Shown piece by piece: positions 30,596-40,740 of a DNA stretch of 64,000 nucleotides (the first letter of the stretch is position 1; each line of letters starts with the position of its first letter). Below the pieces are notes generated by a model, which did no database searches, was not told the DNA's origin, and worked only from the letters and a program-made list of their open reading frames with translations. This DNA is from Candidatus Latescibacterota bacterium (GTDB lineage: Bacteria > Latescibacterota > UBA2968 > GCA-2709665): contig OZ241917.1 of assembly GCA_965203805.1 (NCBI GenBank), positions 416,001 to 480,000 on the forward strand. Reading direction: 5' to 3'. A program made the position numbers and the translations under genes.

Positions 30596-31363
30596 ATGGG
30601 ACACGAAAGAACAGGAACACTTCCCCGTTCGCAGCAATGGCGAAGTGTTGTCGCCCACATTGCCCAATTTCCGGAAGAAGGCAACGTTTCGGATGTTGCT
30701 AAAGCAATCATTTCTAATGTTCGGAAGCAGTTCCTTCAGATTCATAGAGACGATGGCGTTAAAGCCGCGTTTGGGTTCCTTATAGCGCTTTCGCGCGCTT
30801 CCGTCTCAGATGAATCTGAACCTCTTTATGTAGATCTCTCCTCAAATCCCTCACCTCTCCGAATCTCCTTAGACCTGTCCAAATGGGTCAAAGCACACAC
30901 TAATTCTCTTGAATATGCGGAAATTGCACAGAAAGCCGCCATAGACGCTGTGGGAATATGGACCCGGCAACAACAGCAGCAACAGACCATCTTCAACGAT
31001 TACAGCGACGCTGTTGAAGTGTGGCGAAAAGCGGGTGACGGCAGCGGATTTTGTGTGGTGGCACGACTGTTCTTTGCCAAATTTACAGAGAAATATCTCA
31101 ACTACTTTCTTGAGAGAGAAGCATCGGCCGTCCTGCCAAATGTGAAGACACGTGATGAATTCTCCTCCCTTTTGGAAGAACATATCGACGCTGTTTCTGA
31201 TCATGCGTTTGAAACCGCCAGAATTGCGCGATCGTTTGCTGCTGGATGGTACAATAATCACGCACTTAAGGGAATGCCATCAAATGAGGAAACAGAGCGA
31301 TTTTTGGCAGTAGCGTTTGGCAAAATCCGCGAGGAATTAATGCGGGAAAGTGTCCAGATATGA
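30596..31363 (+). CDS. Helical hypothetical protein, QatB-like partner of QueC
   Basis: MGH.R.G.LPR N-terminus; ATGA overlap with the QueC-like gene. Confidence 0.6.
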   Translation: MGHERTGTLPRSQQWRSVVAHIAQFPEEGNVSDVAKAIISNVRKQFLQIHRDDGVKAAFGFLIALSRASVSDESEPLYVDLSSNPSPLRISLDLSKWVKAHTNSLEYAEIAQKAAIDAVGIWTRQQQQQQTIFNDYSDAVEVWRKAGDGSGFCVVARLFFAKFTEKYLNYFLEREASAVLPNVKTRDEFSSLLEEHIDAVSDHAFETARIARSFAAGWYNNHALKGMPSNEETERFLAVAFGKIREELMRESVQI

Positions 31364-33219
31364 CGAGAGACGCCTCCCACATTATTCTGTGCAATAATGC
31401 TGAAATGGATGGCAGCAAGCTTGGGAAATCCGTGAAGCGGCTTAACTATCTGGAGGAAGCCACCAGGAATGTCAATCTCCTGCTTCCCGATTTTGTCAGA
31501 GGCGTATATTATCTGCCCGACCGACTGTTAGATCTTCTTGAGATAGCATCATTTGTTTACAACGGCGATCGAATGACTACCCGAGGTTCTCGAGATGCAG
31601 TAGAATATCACAGTTGGTCTCGGACGCTTGAATTCGTTATCCGGGTTCGCGATGAACAATTTTGGAATAAACCCGAGGTTAAACAGGCTTTGGCGGCAGC
31701 GTTGAGATTTGTAACCGGTGATCGAGAGTATCGGTTTCATTTCCACCCGGGTCATTCAACTTCACCCACCAGTCTCTTTGACCGGCAGGAGTTCAGTGTT
31801 GCCGTCAAAAAGGACGTTTCTGTCATACTCTTCTCAGGTGGGCTTGATTCACTAGCCGGAGTGCTGGAACGGTTGTTAAATACTGACGACCAATTGTGTT
31901 TGGTTAGCCACCAGTCACTTCAGCCGAGCATAATCAGAACTCAGGAACGCCTCGTAGATACTCTGAAATCACGCTTTCCAAATCGAATTTACCACTATCG
32001 TTTCAAGTGCAGTTTGAAAGGTATTCGCGCACCTGAGGAAACTCAAAGGAGCAGATCGTTTCTCTACACAAGTATCGCTTTTGCATTGGCTTATGCATAT
32101 AAACAGAGTCGGTTCTATGTGTACGAAAATGGCGTCACGAGCATCAATTTTTCTCGGCGGGAAGACCTTGCTAATGCACGGTCAAGCAGAACAACACATC
32201 CTCAAACGATAGCTCTACTTCAAGATTTCTTCTCACTATTCTCGGATGAAACCGTCAGTATTGAGATTCCCTTTCTCTGGAAAACCAAAACGGAAGTATT
32301 CGAGTCCATCAAAGCGAGTGGACATGCTGAACTTATTCCAAGTGCTGTATCGTGCAACAAGACCTTTCAAGGCATGGTGCAGACCACACATTGCGGGCAG
32401 TGTTTCCAGTGTGTCGACCGACGGATAGCAGCATACGCGTCTGGGTCTGAAGGCTTTGACGAATCAGGGACATATGCTGCCAATTTCATTTCGGAAACCA
32501 TGGTCTGTGGCGAGACGAGAACGACGGTGGTTGACTATTTGCGCCAAGCTCGAAATTTCGCCAATTGGAATGTTGATTGCTTTTATGAGAAGATGATGAA
32601 CGGTCTTTCGGAGTTGATAGATTCGATACCTAATTGCAATGATGAGATAGAGGTTGTAGAACGAGTTTGGGATTTGTGCAACAGGCATGGAAAACAGGTA
32701 TTTAATGCCATTAAGCGAATGAGAGATATCCATGATGATTTGCATCAGCCGATAGAGGATGATTCATTACTTAAGACAGTCGATGAACGAGAATATCTAA
32801 AGGAGCCGATCGATCGGTTGGTTGCTGCAATAATCGAAAAGGTCTCAGATGCGATTCCTTCTATGTTTCGTCTGAATCAGCCAAAAAATGAGAATGACCT
32901 TAACACGAAAGTTCACGCGCTTCTTAAGACACATCGACCTGATTTAAGGCGTGAACATCCCGAAGTTTCTTTCGCAGGTGCTCAAGTCGTTCCTGACCAC
33001 GGGATCGGCTCTTTTTTGCTGGTTGAATCAAAATACATCCGTGACAGTACAACTCCGAGCGTTGCGACCGACGGGATGGCAGCGGATATTACGAAATATC
33101 CCGCGGATTTGCACATTTTGTTTCTCGTCTATGATCCCACGCGTCGGATTGTTGATGATCAAGAGTTCAAGAACGCCTTTGAAAAAACGGGCCGCTGCAC
33201 TGTCTGTATACTTCGTTGA
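31360..33219 (+). CDS. QueC/QatC-like protein fused to a C-terminal PD-(D/E)XK (DpnII/MboI-like) domain
   Basis: LFSGGLDS, QRSRSF, ENG, RTTHP, SC...HCGQCFQC; PDH...VESK...DI.KY...VYDP. Confidence 0.82.
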   Translation: MTRDASHIILCNNAEMDGSKLGKSVKRLNYLEEATRNVNLLLPDFVRGVYYLPDRLLDLLEIASFVYNGDRMTTRGSRDAVEYHSWSRTLEFVIRVRDEQFWNKPEVKQALAAALRFVTGDREYRFHFHPGHSTSPTSLFDRQEFSVAVKKDVSVILFSGGLDSLAGVLERLLNTDDQLCLVSHQSLQPSIIRTQERLVDTLKSRFPNRIYHYRFKCSLKGIRAPEETQRSRSFLYTSIAFALAYAYKQSRFYVYENGVTSINFSRREDLANARSSRTTHPQTIALLQDFFSLFSDETVSIEIPFLWKTKTEVFESIKASGHAELIPSAVSCNKTFQGMVQTTHCGQCFQCVDRRIAAYASGSEGFDESGTYAANFISETMVCGETRTTVVDYLRQARNFANWNVDCFYEKMMNGLSELIDSIPNCNDEIEVVERVWDLCNRHGKQVFNAIKRMRDIHDDLHQPIEDDSLLKTVDEREYLKEPIDRLVAAIIEKVSDAIPSMFRLNQPKNENDLNTKVHALLKTHRPDLRREHPEVSFAGAQVVPDHGIGSFLLVESKYIRDSTTPSVATDGMAADITKYPADLHILFLVYDPTRRIVDDQEFKNAFEKTGRCTVCILR

Positions 33220-33287
33220 GGAGAATCGTAGAGTTAGGCCCTTCGATTGGCGTACGGTCACATTGCGATAGCCTCACGGGACGCATT

Positions 33288-33567
33288 GAAGCGGTTGGCG
33301 GCTGCATAGGGATTACCATTCAGGCCGATCGTAGAAAAGGTAAAGGACAACGAACCGCAAAAGCTGCAGCAGAACAGGTACCATCAGTGCAGGAACCTCG
33401 ACGGTGTATTCGCAATCGACGGCTCTGTCCCGGGAGGTGCGGTTCTTCTGGTCGACGACGTCGTCGACTCCGGATGGACGTTGACTGTCATCGCAGCGTT
33501 GCTTCGAATGGCCGGCAGCGGTCCCGTGTGGCCACTGGCTCTGTCGACGACAAGAATGGCAGCTTGA
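33288..33567 (+). pseudogene. recQ-PRTase 3' fragment
   Basis: Diverged copy of 45585-45864 with an internal TAG. Confidence 0.85.
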
Positions 33568-34462
33568 GATGAAACTGGATTCCCATACTCAGGTGGTGGT
33601 GCTTCTCACGGTTACGTTTGGAAGATCGGAAGGGGCGACGGCGAAACCACTTTCGCCGAGAGAGTGGGCCCGGCTCGCGGCCTGGCTAAGGGATCGCAAG
33701 CTGGATGCGTCGGCCTTGTTGAAGGGTGAATTGAAGAACGAGCTCTCAGGTTGGATGGATCGTTCGATTTCGCTGGCCAGACTCGAGAGCCTGATGGATC
33801 GTGGTGGGGCGTTCGGCCTGTCGCTCGAGAGATGGCAGCGTGCGGGTCTATGGGTCGTTGCTCAATCCGATCCGGAGTATCCGGTACAATTGAAACGCCG
33901 GCTTCGGCTGGAATCACCCCCCGTGCTGTTCGGCTGCGGAAACAAGATGCTGCTTCCGCGCGGCGGCATCGCTGTCGTCGGCTCCCGAAATGCCGGCCGA
34001 ACCGATCTCACTTTCGCGGAGAGACTGGGCGCCGCCGCCGCCCGGCAGGGCTTCTCGATCGTATCGGGCGGAGCCCGCGGGGTCGACCAGAGCGCAATGT
34101 TGGGCACACTGGAGAACGAAGGCACCGGAGTCGGCGTTCTGGCAGACAATTTGATACGGGCGGCGACGTCGGCAAAATACCGCAAGTTTCTTGTTTCACG
34201 CGATTTGGTGCTGGTAACCCCGTTCAATCCGGAAGCGGGATTCAACGTCGGCAACGCGATGCGCCGAAACCGGTATATCTATTGCCTGTCCGAAGCTGGT
34301 ATCGTGGTCAGCAGCACGCCGAACCGGGGGGGCACCTGGAATGGCGCACTCGAAAACCTGAAAGCCGCCTGGGTTCCCCTTTGGGTCAAACGCACGGATG
34401 ACAGGAAGTCAGGCAATGCAAGTCTTGTCGAGAGGGGCGCGCGGTGGATTCCTGACGAACTA

Positions 34463-35620
34463 GTACTTACTTGACAAAAAAAGCGAAATAATATATCTTG
34501 TGCTCATAGGGAATCGATCTCAGTTCAACTGTGGAGAGGAGACCGCCTATGAGCCGCCCCGCCGTGTTGATCACGTTGCGTGACGAGGAAAAAGAGACGC
34601 TGTTGAGTTGGACACGTTCAGGCAAGACGCAACACCGTTATGTGCTGCGCGCCCGGATTGTTCTTTCAGCGTCCCAGGGCGATGCGAACCGGGACATCGC
34701 CAGGGATCTGGGAACGCGCGAGGCCACGGTGTGCAAGTGGCGCCGGCGCTTTCACGAGTCGGGTCTTTCCGGGTTGCAGGACAAGGCGAGATCGGGCAAG
34801 CCTGCCAAGTACGACCAGTCAAGCGAAAAGCGCATTTTGGAGGCCTTGGACGATGCCCCGCCCAAGGGCTATGGAAACTGGACCGGTCCGTTGTTGGCCG
34901 ACAAGCTGGGAATTTCTGTCCACTATGTCTGGCAGGTCTTGCGCAACCACGGCATTTCGCTGGCCAGAAGGCGCAGCTGGTGTATCAGCACCGATCCGGA
35001 ATTTGCCACCAAGGCCGCAGCCATCGTGGGGTTGTATCTGGAACCTCCCAAAAATGCGATTGTCTTGTGCGTCGACGAAAAGCCCGCGATTCAGGCGTTG
35101 GAAAGGGTACAGGGATGGCTCAAGCTGCCCAACGGCAAGGCCGTAACCGGCTTTAACCACGAATACAAGAGAAACGGCACCACCACGTTATTCGCTGCAT
35201 TGAACGTCGCCACCGGCCTCGTCAAGGCCGGGCATTACAAAAGGCGCAAACGACGCCAGTTTCTGAGCTTTATGAACGAACTTGTCGCCGAATACCCCGA
35301 TCAGGAACTCCACATCATCCTCGACAACCTGAACACCCACAAGCCCAAGAATGACCGCTGGCTGCCGCGCCATCCCAATGTCCACTTCTACTACACCCCC
35401 ACCCACGCATCCTGGCTCAACCAGATCGAAATCTGGTTCAGCATCCTGTGGAGAAGCGCGCTCAAAGGCGGCTCCTTCACCTCGATTCGAGACTTACGCA
35501 CCGCCATCAATCACTTCATTGACGCCTACAACGAGAACGCACATCCCTTCGAGTGGAAATCCACAAAAGTCCGACCCAAAGCCCTTGAAGAAAAATACTC
35601 TAATTTAACCAATTAAGTAC
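34463..35620 (+). mobile_element. IS630-family element
   Basis: IRs GTACTTA/TAAGTAC, TA duplication within a CTAG target. Confidence 0.9.
34549..35616 (+). CDS. IS630 transposase
   Basis: RARIVL HTH, VDEK, YKRNGT, ILDN, SWLNQIE. Confidence 0.93.
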   Translation: MSRPAVLITLRDEEKETLLSWTRSGKTQHRYVLRARIVLSASQGDANRDIARDLGTREATVCKWRRRFHESGLSGLQDKARSGKPAKYDQSSEKRILEALDDAPPKGYGNWTGPLLADKLGISVHYVWQVLRNHGISLARRRSWCISTDPEFATKAAAIVGLYLEPPKNAIVLCVDEKPAIQALERVQGWLKLPNGKAVTGFNHEYKRNGTTTLFAALNVATGLVKAGHYKRRKRRQFLSFMNELVAEYPDQELHIILDNLNTHKPKNDRWLPRHPNVHFYYTPTHASWLNQIEIWFSILWRSALKGGSFTSIRDLRTAINHFIDAYNENAHPFEWKSTKVRPKALEEKYSNLTN

Positions 35621-36014
35621 TAGAGTCGCTCGACGACTTAATGCGCGATTCGACGTCCGGATCCAGTGAGGCGTCTCGGGCCGAACTCCCTCTTTTCACG
35701 CCTGAGGTTGATAATCCGATAGTTCGGGATACAAGTGCGAAGGTCTCCGATACATCGGGATTGGAACCAGGATCGTTCGGCAGGGCAGGACATACCATCA
35801 AACCCGATCAGCCTGTCTCCAGCGGAGAAGCTGACGGCGAGCGCACACGCTGATTTGTAACCTCCGACCCGCGAGATTGCCTCGCCTTGCTGCTTCCATG
35901 TTGTTTTCCGAAAAACACAAATCTGGCTCATACTGCACTTGACTTGAACTGGAGTATGTTACAAATGCCGGTGCCTATGCAACCGTACAACTTCCACAAA
36001 CCCCAGGAGGAACA

Positions 36015-36791
36015 ATGGGAAATCCGGTCGTCCACTTTCAAATCGCAGGCCCCGACGGTCCCGCCTTGCAGCAGTTCTACCGGGACCTCTTCGGATGGAA
36101 TGTGCACACGCAGGGCGAGGAGATGGGCAATTACGGTCTGGTGCAGACCAACGAAGGCGGCATTGGCGGCGGTATCATGGAAACCACCGAGGACATGCCT
36201 GCCGGCAACTATGTGACGTTCTACATCCAGGTCGACGACCTCCAGGCAGCCCTGGACAAGCTTTCCGGATTGGGTGGAGCCACCGTGATGCCGCCGATGG
36301 AGATTGCGCCCGGCATGGGTTCCATTGCCATGTTCACGGACCCGGCTCACAACACGATTGGACTTTATTCGTTGCCTGCCGAATGGGACGGCGAGGTGCC
36401 GCCGAAGGGCAATGCCCCACCTGTTGTGCACTTCGAGGTCGGGGGAAAAGACGCGGAAGCGCTTAACGACTTCTACACTGAGATGTTCGGCTGGAAGACC
36501 ACGCTTATGGAAGAGATGAACTACCGCCTCGTGGAGCAAGAGCCGGAGGGCATCGACGGCGGCATGTTCCAGCACAGGGATAATATGCCGCCCAACGCCC
36601 CTTCGGTTGCTGTAATGGTCGACGATTTGCAGGCATATCTTGACAAGGCGGTGAGTCTTGGCGCAACGGCCCTGATGCAACCAAACGAGATTCCCGGCGG
36701 CTTCGGTTCGCTCGCGATCTTCAACGACATCGCAGGCAACCGAATTTCCCTTTTCAAGTCACCGGAGGATCCCACCGGCCCGCAAGACTGA
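36015..36791 (+). CDS. Two-domain VOC/glyoxalase protein
   Basis: Internal repeat VVHF...FY...FGW...V.DLQA.LDK. Confidence 0.88.
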   Translation: MGNPVVHFQIAGPDGPALQQFYRDLFGWNVHTQGEEMGNYGLVQTNEGGIGGGIMETTEDMPAGNYVTFYIQVDDLQAALDKLSGLGGATVMPPMEIAPGMGSIAMFTDPAHNTIGLYSLPAEWDGEVPPKGNAPPVVHFEVGGKDAEALNDFYTEMFGWKTTLMEEMNYRLVEQEPEGIDGGMFQHRDNMPPNAPSVAVMVDDLQAYLDKAVSLGATALMQPNEIPGGFGSLAIFNDIAGNRISLFKSPEDPTGPQD

Positions 36792-36828
36792 CAGTTTACC
36801 GGCATCACCGGGAAATAACCGATCGACG

Positions 36829-36919
36829 TCACTCTCCCGTGTATCCCTTTGATGCCCAGACCTTTCGGGCGAGCTTTTTGGGTTCGGCGGACGGTTCTAT
36901 GTCGCCGCGGATGCTGGAG
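36829..36919 (-). pseudogene. Diverged 3'-end copy of the Gfo/Idh/MocA gene at 46982-48241
   Basis: SSIRGDIEPSAEPKKLARKVWASKGYTGE*. Confidence 0.85.
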
Positions 36920-36945
36920 TGTATCGGTAACGAAATCTGCCGCTG

Positions 36946-37449
36946 ATGGAGGCAAGGAGGACGATCTTCAACCTTGTGGCTACGTACAACGACTTTGAGC
37001 ACAAATTCGCCGCGTTCCTGGGTCGAGCTGGAGATGTCGCGCGCTTCGCGTCGCTCGTTACCACGGAACAAGAGAATTCCGGCTCCACATTCAGGATCGA
37101 CTATCCGAAGAAGAGTGGGGCAATCGGCCACTATTTTCCGGATTGGGTGGTTGTCCAGAAGGTCGACGGCGGCGAAGTCAGTTGGATTGTGAAGACCAGG
37201 GGCCGAGAGTGGTCAGGCACTGGCGCGAAGGACGCAGCGGCACGGGATTGGTGTAAGCGGGTAAGCGAAGCCACTGGAAGGGCTTGGAAATACACGAGGA
37301 TCAACCAGTCGGAGTTTTCCGACGAGTACCCGACTTTCGGCGCGTTGCTGTGGAAAAAAGCACTTACAACATCGGGCGAACGCCAGCGGGAGATGGGGCA
37401 GGTGACGCAGGAAGATATCCGCCGATGGAAAGAAGGAGGGCGGGGCTGA
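36946..37449 (+). pseudogene. Type III restriction Res C-terminal fragment with an antitoxin-like tail
   Basis: F.IDY...Y.PDWVV...IV.T.G; ends VTQEDIRRWKEGGRG overlapping a PIN gene. Confidence 0.6.
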
Positions 37450-37882
37450 TGGCCACCGTTATCGACGCGTCGGTGATGGAGCGCCGCTACTTCGCGATGA
37501 GGCATATATTGACTTTGCCCGGGTGATACTGGAACAGCTGAATAACGAAGAGCGCATCACGTCGACGATTTTCTGGTACGAGATTCGAAATGTCTTGCTC
37601 AACGCGAAGCGCTCCAAGCGGATCGACGAGCGGCATTTCGATACCTGTCTGATTCAACTGACCGACGGGTTTTCATTGTGCGAGGACACGGAACGCAACG
37701 AAGCCGTAGTCCTGGAACTCGCGCAACGACACACCCTGACCGTATACGACGCGAGCTATCTCGAGACCGCTACCCGGCGCAAGGCCAGTTTGGCGACGTT
37801 CGACCAGAAACTCGCAAACGCTGCATTTAACGAGGAAATCGAGAATCCGGCGGTGGAGTTGGGGGCGGTGAGTGTGGGATGA
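37449..37882 (+). pseudogene. VapC/PIN toxin, frameshifted near codon 10-12
   Basis: VIDASV in one frame; YE.RNVL, LTVYDASYL, LATFD..L in another. Confidence 0.75.
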
Positions 37883-38092
37883 GCGGCGGGCTTCGAGACG
37901 GGTCCCCCTTGGTTTTTGTGGAAGTCTCCCCGCGTTGTCCGGCTAGGCCAAGTTCCGATGCAAGATTGCATAACTAAATCTGTAGAATTGGTTTCGTAGC
38001 CGCATACGAACGAAATTTGCGAATTGGCAGAATTACCATAGTCTCACGACGGGCTGAATCACTTCTAAACGATGTGTGCGGAATAACGGTGA

Positions 38093-38743
38093 ATGATCAT
38101 TAGACCACCGAAAGATTATAGCAAACGGATGCAGGTCACGCTTAAGCGACTTGAACGATGGTCGCTAGACTATGGTATTAGTCTCGAGCATATACCGAAA
38201 CAAGAAGCGACAAAGACAGCGGATTTCAGAGCAATCTTTCCAGATTCTGAGAGAACCAACGTGATAATTGAAGTTAAGGAAATAGCAATACCGTTCGAGA
38301 TCAACAAGGAAGAGGTTATCGAGGTTTGCGAATCGGGACCGCCTGACGGAAGGTTTCAGTCAGCCGATGCGGTACGGCGGAAGATAAGAGCCGCAAGAGA
38401 CCAATTAAAGCCGTACGCGGACACCGGTTGTCCCACCCTTCTGCTTCTTGGCATGTGGACCCCGGCACTTGATGTCAGGTTGGGTTGGGATATTCCGATT
38501 GCAATGCTTGGAGGTGGTCCTCGGATTTCGCTTAACGTATATGGATTGCCAATGTACGAAATCGTCTCAACTGCAAGAGGCGGTCGACAGGCCGCTGACA
38601 ACACCAATCGATCAATTTCAGCCGTGGGACGATTTGAACGCGGCAAACCTAACGTATTTCCAGAGACCTTGGTCGTATATCGACATAACAATCCTCGCGT
38701 CCAATTGGATGTGGATCTCCCAGGCATTCAGTACGTAATGTAG
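38093..38743 (+). CDS. Hypothetical protein, PD-(D/E)XK-like
   Basis: TADF...IIEVKEI...A..QL. Confidence 0.55.
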   Translation: MIIRPPKDYSKRMQVTLKRLERWSLDYGISLEHIPKQEATKTADFRAIFPDSERTNVIIEVKEIAIPFEINKEEVIEVCESGPPDGRFQSADAVRRKIRAARDQLKPYADTGCPTLLLLGMWTPALDVRLGWDIPIAMLGGGPRISLNVYGLPMYEIVSTARGGRQAADNTNRSISAVGRFERGKPNVFPETLVVYRHNNPRVQLDVDLPGIQYVM

Positions 38744-39094
38744 ATGTCGGAACATGTCATTTGTCTTTGGGGCCCGCTCTGTGTCACGGATCGACCGCAA
38801 GATGGGTGGAAAGGTGCTTGATTTCCTAAAGCGTTCACATCTTGTGGCCGGCTAAAGGATACGTCGGTCTCGACATTTCCGTGCTGTAGACGTCCTATCA
38901 TTTGGGAAAGAAAACTTCGGAATTTGCGAAAAAATTCGATAAGAGTTTAAAGCTACCCTATCTATGTTTTCTCCCACGGCTGTGTGCAGAATTCGGTGGC
39001 GACGGGAAGGGGACTCAATGGTCAAGACCAATATGATGTGAAATTAAGGTGGGTTTGATTTATGCTTTCGAAAGGGTTCTCCCTTTTGATATAG

Positions 39095-39295
39095 AGGTCA
39101 GCGGGTAGTCGGTCTTCCAGCCCCTGGCGTCGGCGTTTCTGGTTGTACAAGACGAAGTAGACAGAGAGTCGTTGGTACAGCAGGGGTATGGTTTCGTAGC
39201 TTTTAACGTAATGGTCTACGTACTTGAGTGAGCGCCAGAGCCGTTCAATGAAGACGTTGTCCAGGGCAGGTCTGCGTCCGTCTATGCTGATGAGG
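39095..39295 (-). mobile_element. IS3-family transposase C-terminal remnant
   Basis: Minus-strand ALDNVFIERLWRSLKY...YN..R. Confidence 0.7.
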
Positions 39296-39305
39296 ATGGC
39301 AGGGC

Positions 39306-40310
39306 ATGATTACGAAAGCAGGCGCACAAGAGATGATGCGATTCCTCCCAGGTGCACGGTTGACAGATTGTGTAATTTGCGGTCACTGCCGTACGTGTGT
39401 CTTTGAGCTGCCAAAAGCAAATCTTGTGGCAAAAGGACATTTGCAGCCATCCGTGATAATGAACGCGTCGGGAGCGAGGGCAACGGTGGTGTCCGACTTG
39501 CCGGGATATTTTCAGCAAGAGAGTCCGTTTCGCCATTATGCGATTTGCTGCTCACTGAGATCAAAGATCGACGACGCACTTGAGAAGTGCGCCATTGGGT
39601 CAGACGCAAACCGGTTCCCCTTATTCGTGGTATTGGAACAGGAGAAGCCATGTAATACGCGGATGGAGAAGGGCACGTGTTTCGTCGTCGATCAGGAGAT
39701 GATTGTTGGTGGGCGCGCGGGAGACGAGACGATTGTCGTGTGCCAGGTCAGCAACGCACCATGGCCTCAGGTGAACGATAGCTGCACTGAGTTCGTCAAT
39801 ACCGTCCTTGCTGCAGTCAAGATCGTACAGGACGAAACAGAAGTCATTCGTGAGGTCGCGGAAGCATCCTGCTTTTTTAACGAACTCAGCCAGGCGGTTT
39901 ATCCGACGACCGTGACAGCGAATATGAATCTTTCGGTTTCCTCGCCTCTGACAGAGTCGGAAGTAAACGAGAAAGTCGTTCGAATGCAGACGTTGGTTGG
40001 CGCCTTCGAAGCGAACCGGGGAGAGCACGGCGATAACATCGCCAATCTCGTTGACGTGCTTCGGTTGGAAAAAATCGAAAACGATCATTATCGCCGCGCG
40101 TGGTATCTGGTTTTGTTCGAAGCAATTGAAGCGATCCTCTCAGGTAGATACAAACAAGAGTTTCATCAACGACATCGGGGGTATAGAAAGACAATCGGGC
40201 ATCCGAAGCCGCATACGAAGATGGATATGGATGAATTTCGGAAGTTGCAGCGCGATGCTTTTGCCGAACTCCGCAGAATTTACCTGGGAGACTTAGGGAA
40301 GTCAGGATAA
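39306..40310 (+). CDS. Hypothetical protein with possible C-terminal HEPN
   Basis: LFEAIE...RKTIGH (Rx4H). Confidence 0.5.
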   Translation: MITKAGAQEMMRFLPGARLTDCVICGHCRTCVFELPKANLVAKGHLQPSVIMNASGARATVVSDLPGYFQQESPFRHYAICCSLRSKIDDALEKCAIGSDANRFPLFVVLEQEKPCNTRMEKGTCFVVDQEMIVGGRAGDETIVVCQVSNAPWPQVNDSCTEFVNTVLAAVKIVQDETEVIREVAEASCFFNELSQAVYPTTVTANMNLSVSSPLTESEVNEKVVRMQTLVGAFEANRGEHGDNIANLVDVLRLEKIENDHYRRAWYLVLFEAIEAILSGRYKQEFHQRHRGYRKTIGHPKPHTKMDMDEFRKLQRDAFAELRRIYLGDLGKSG

Positions 40311-40740
40311 ATACACACGCTGTTCCGATAGTCGCGGATATGGTCTAGCGGGCATCCGCTCGCCCGTGGGTTTTCTGCTTCCCAGTTCCAGCCGATGCGT
40401 AGCCTTTGCCGGCCACGGCAGATCCGTCGCAATCTAAACGGGGATGGGGCTTCAGGGCGGTACCCCGGACTTAGTACGATGTCGCCGGCTTGCCTGCACT
40501 GTCGACCGACCCTGCCAAGTGCCGTGATGTTTTGTTCGTCTCCATGTGTCCTACGTGTAACAGGTTGACCCCGATTGGCGCCGACCGCAACCCTACCGTA
40601 CTCGCAGTTCTCCCGACGGACCTGCGGACAATATTCAGTGACCATTTGCAACCCGTGCCTGGGTTCAGAGCCATTTCGATAGGGTCAATAAGCATATTTG
40701 AAATGACACTTATTCGAATATAAGTCGAGGAGGTTCAATT

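Larger units (their letters stand above)
33569..35853 (+). pseudogene. DprA/SMF-like gene interrupted by IS630
   Basis: Paralog of 45866-46825; frame resumes at 35621 (ELESLDDLMRDSTSG). Confidence 0.88.

Noticed and set aside
31360-33219. Housekeeping queC, Dpd DNA modification or type IV CBASS
   Set aside because: The protein is far longer than QueC, and no queDE, dpdA or CD-NTase gene was recognised in the window.
36015-36791. DGR-like template/variable repeat
   Set aside because: The internal similarity is an old VOC domain duplication; there is no reverse transcriptase, and the duplications elsewhere do not show A-specific differences.
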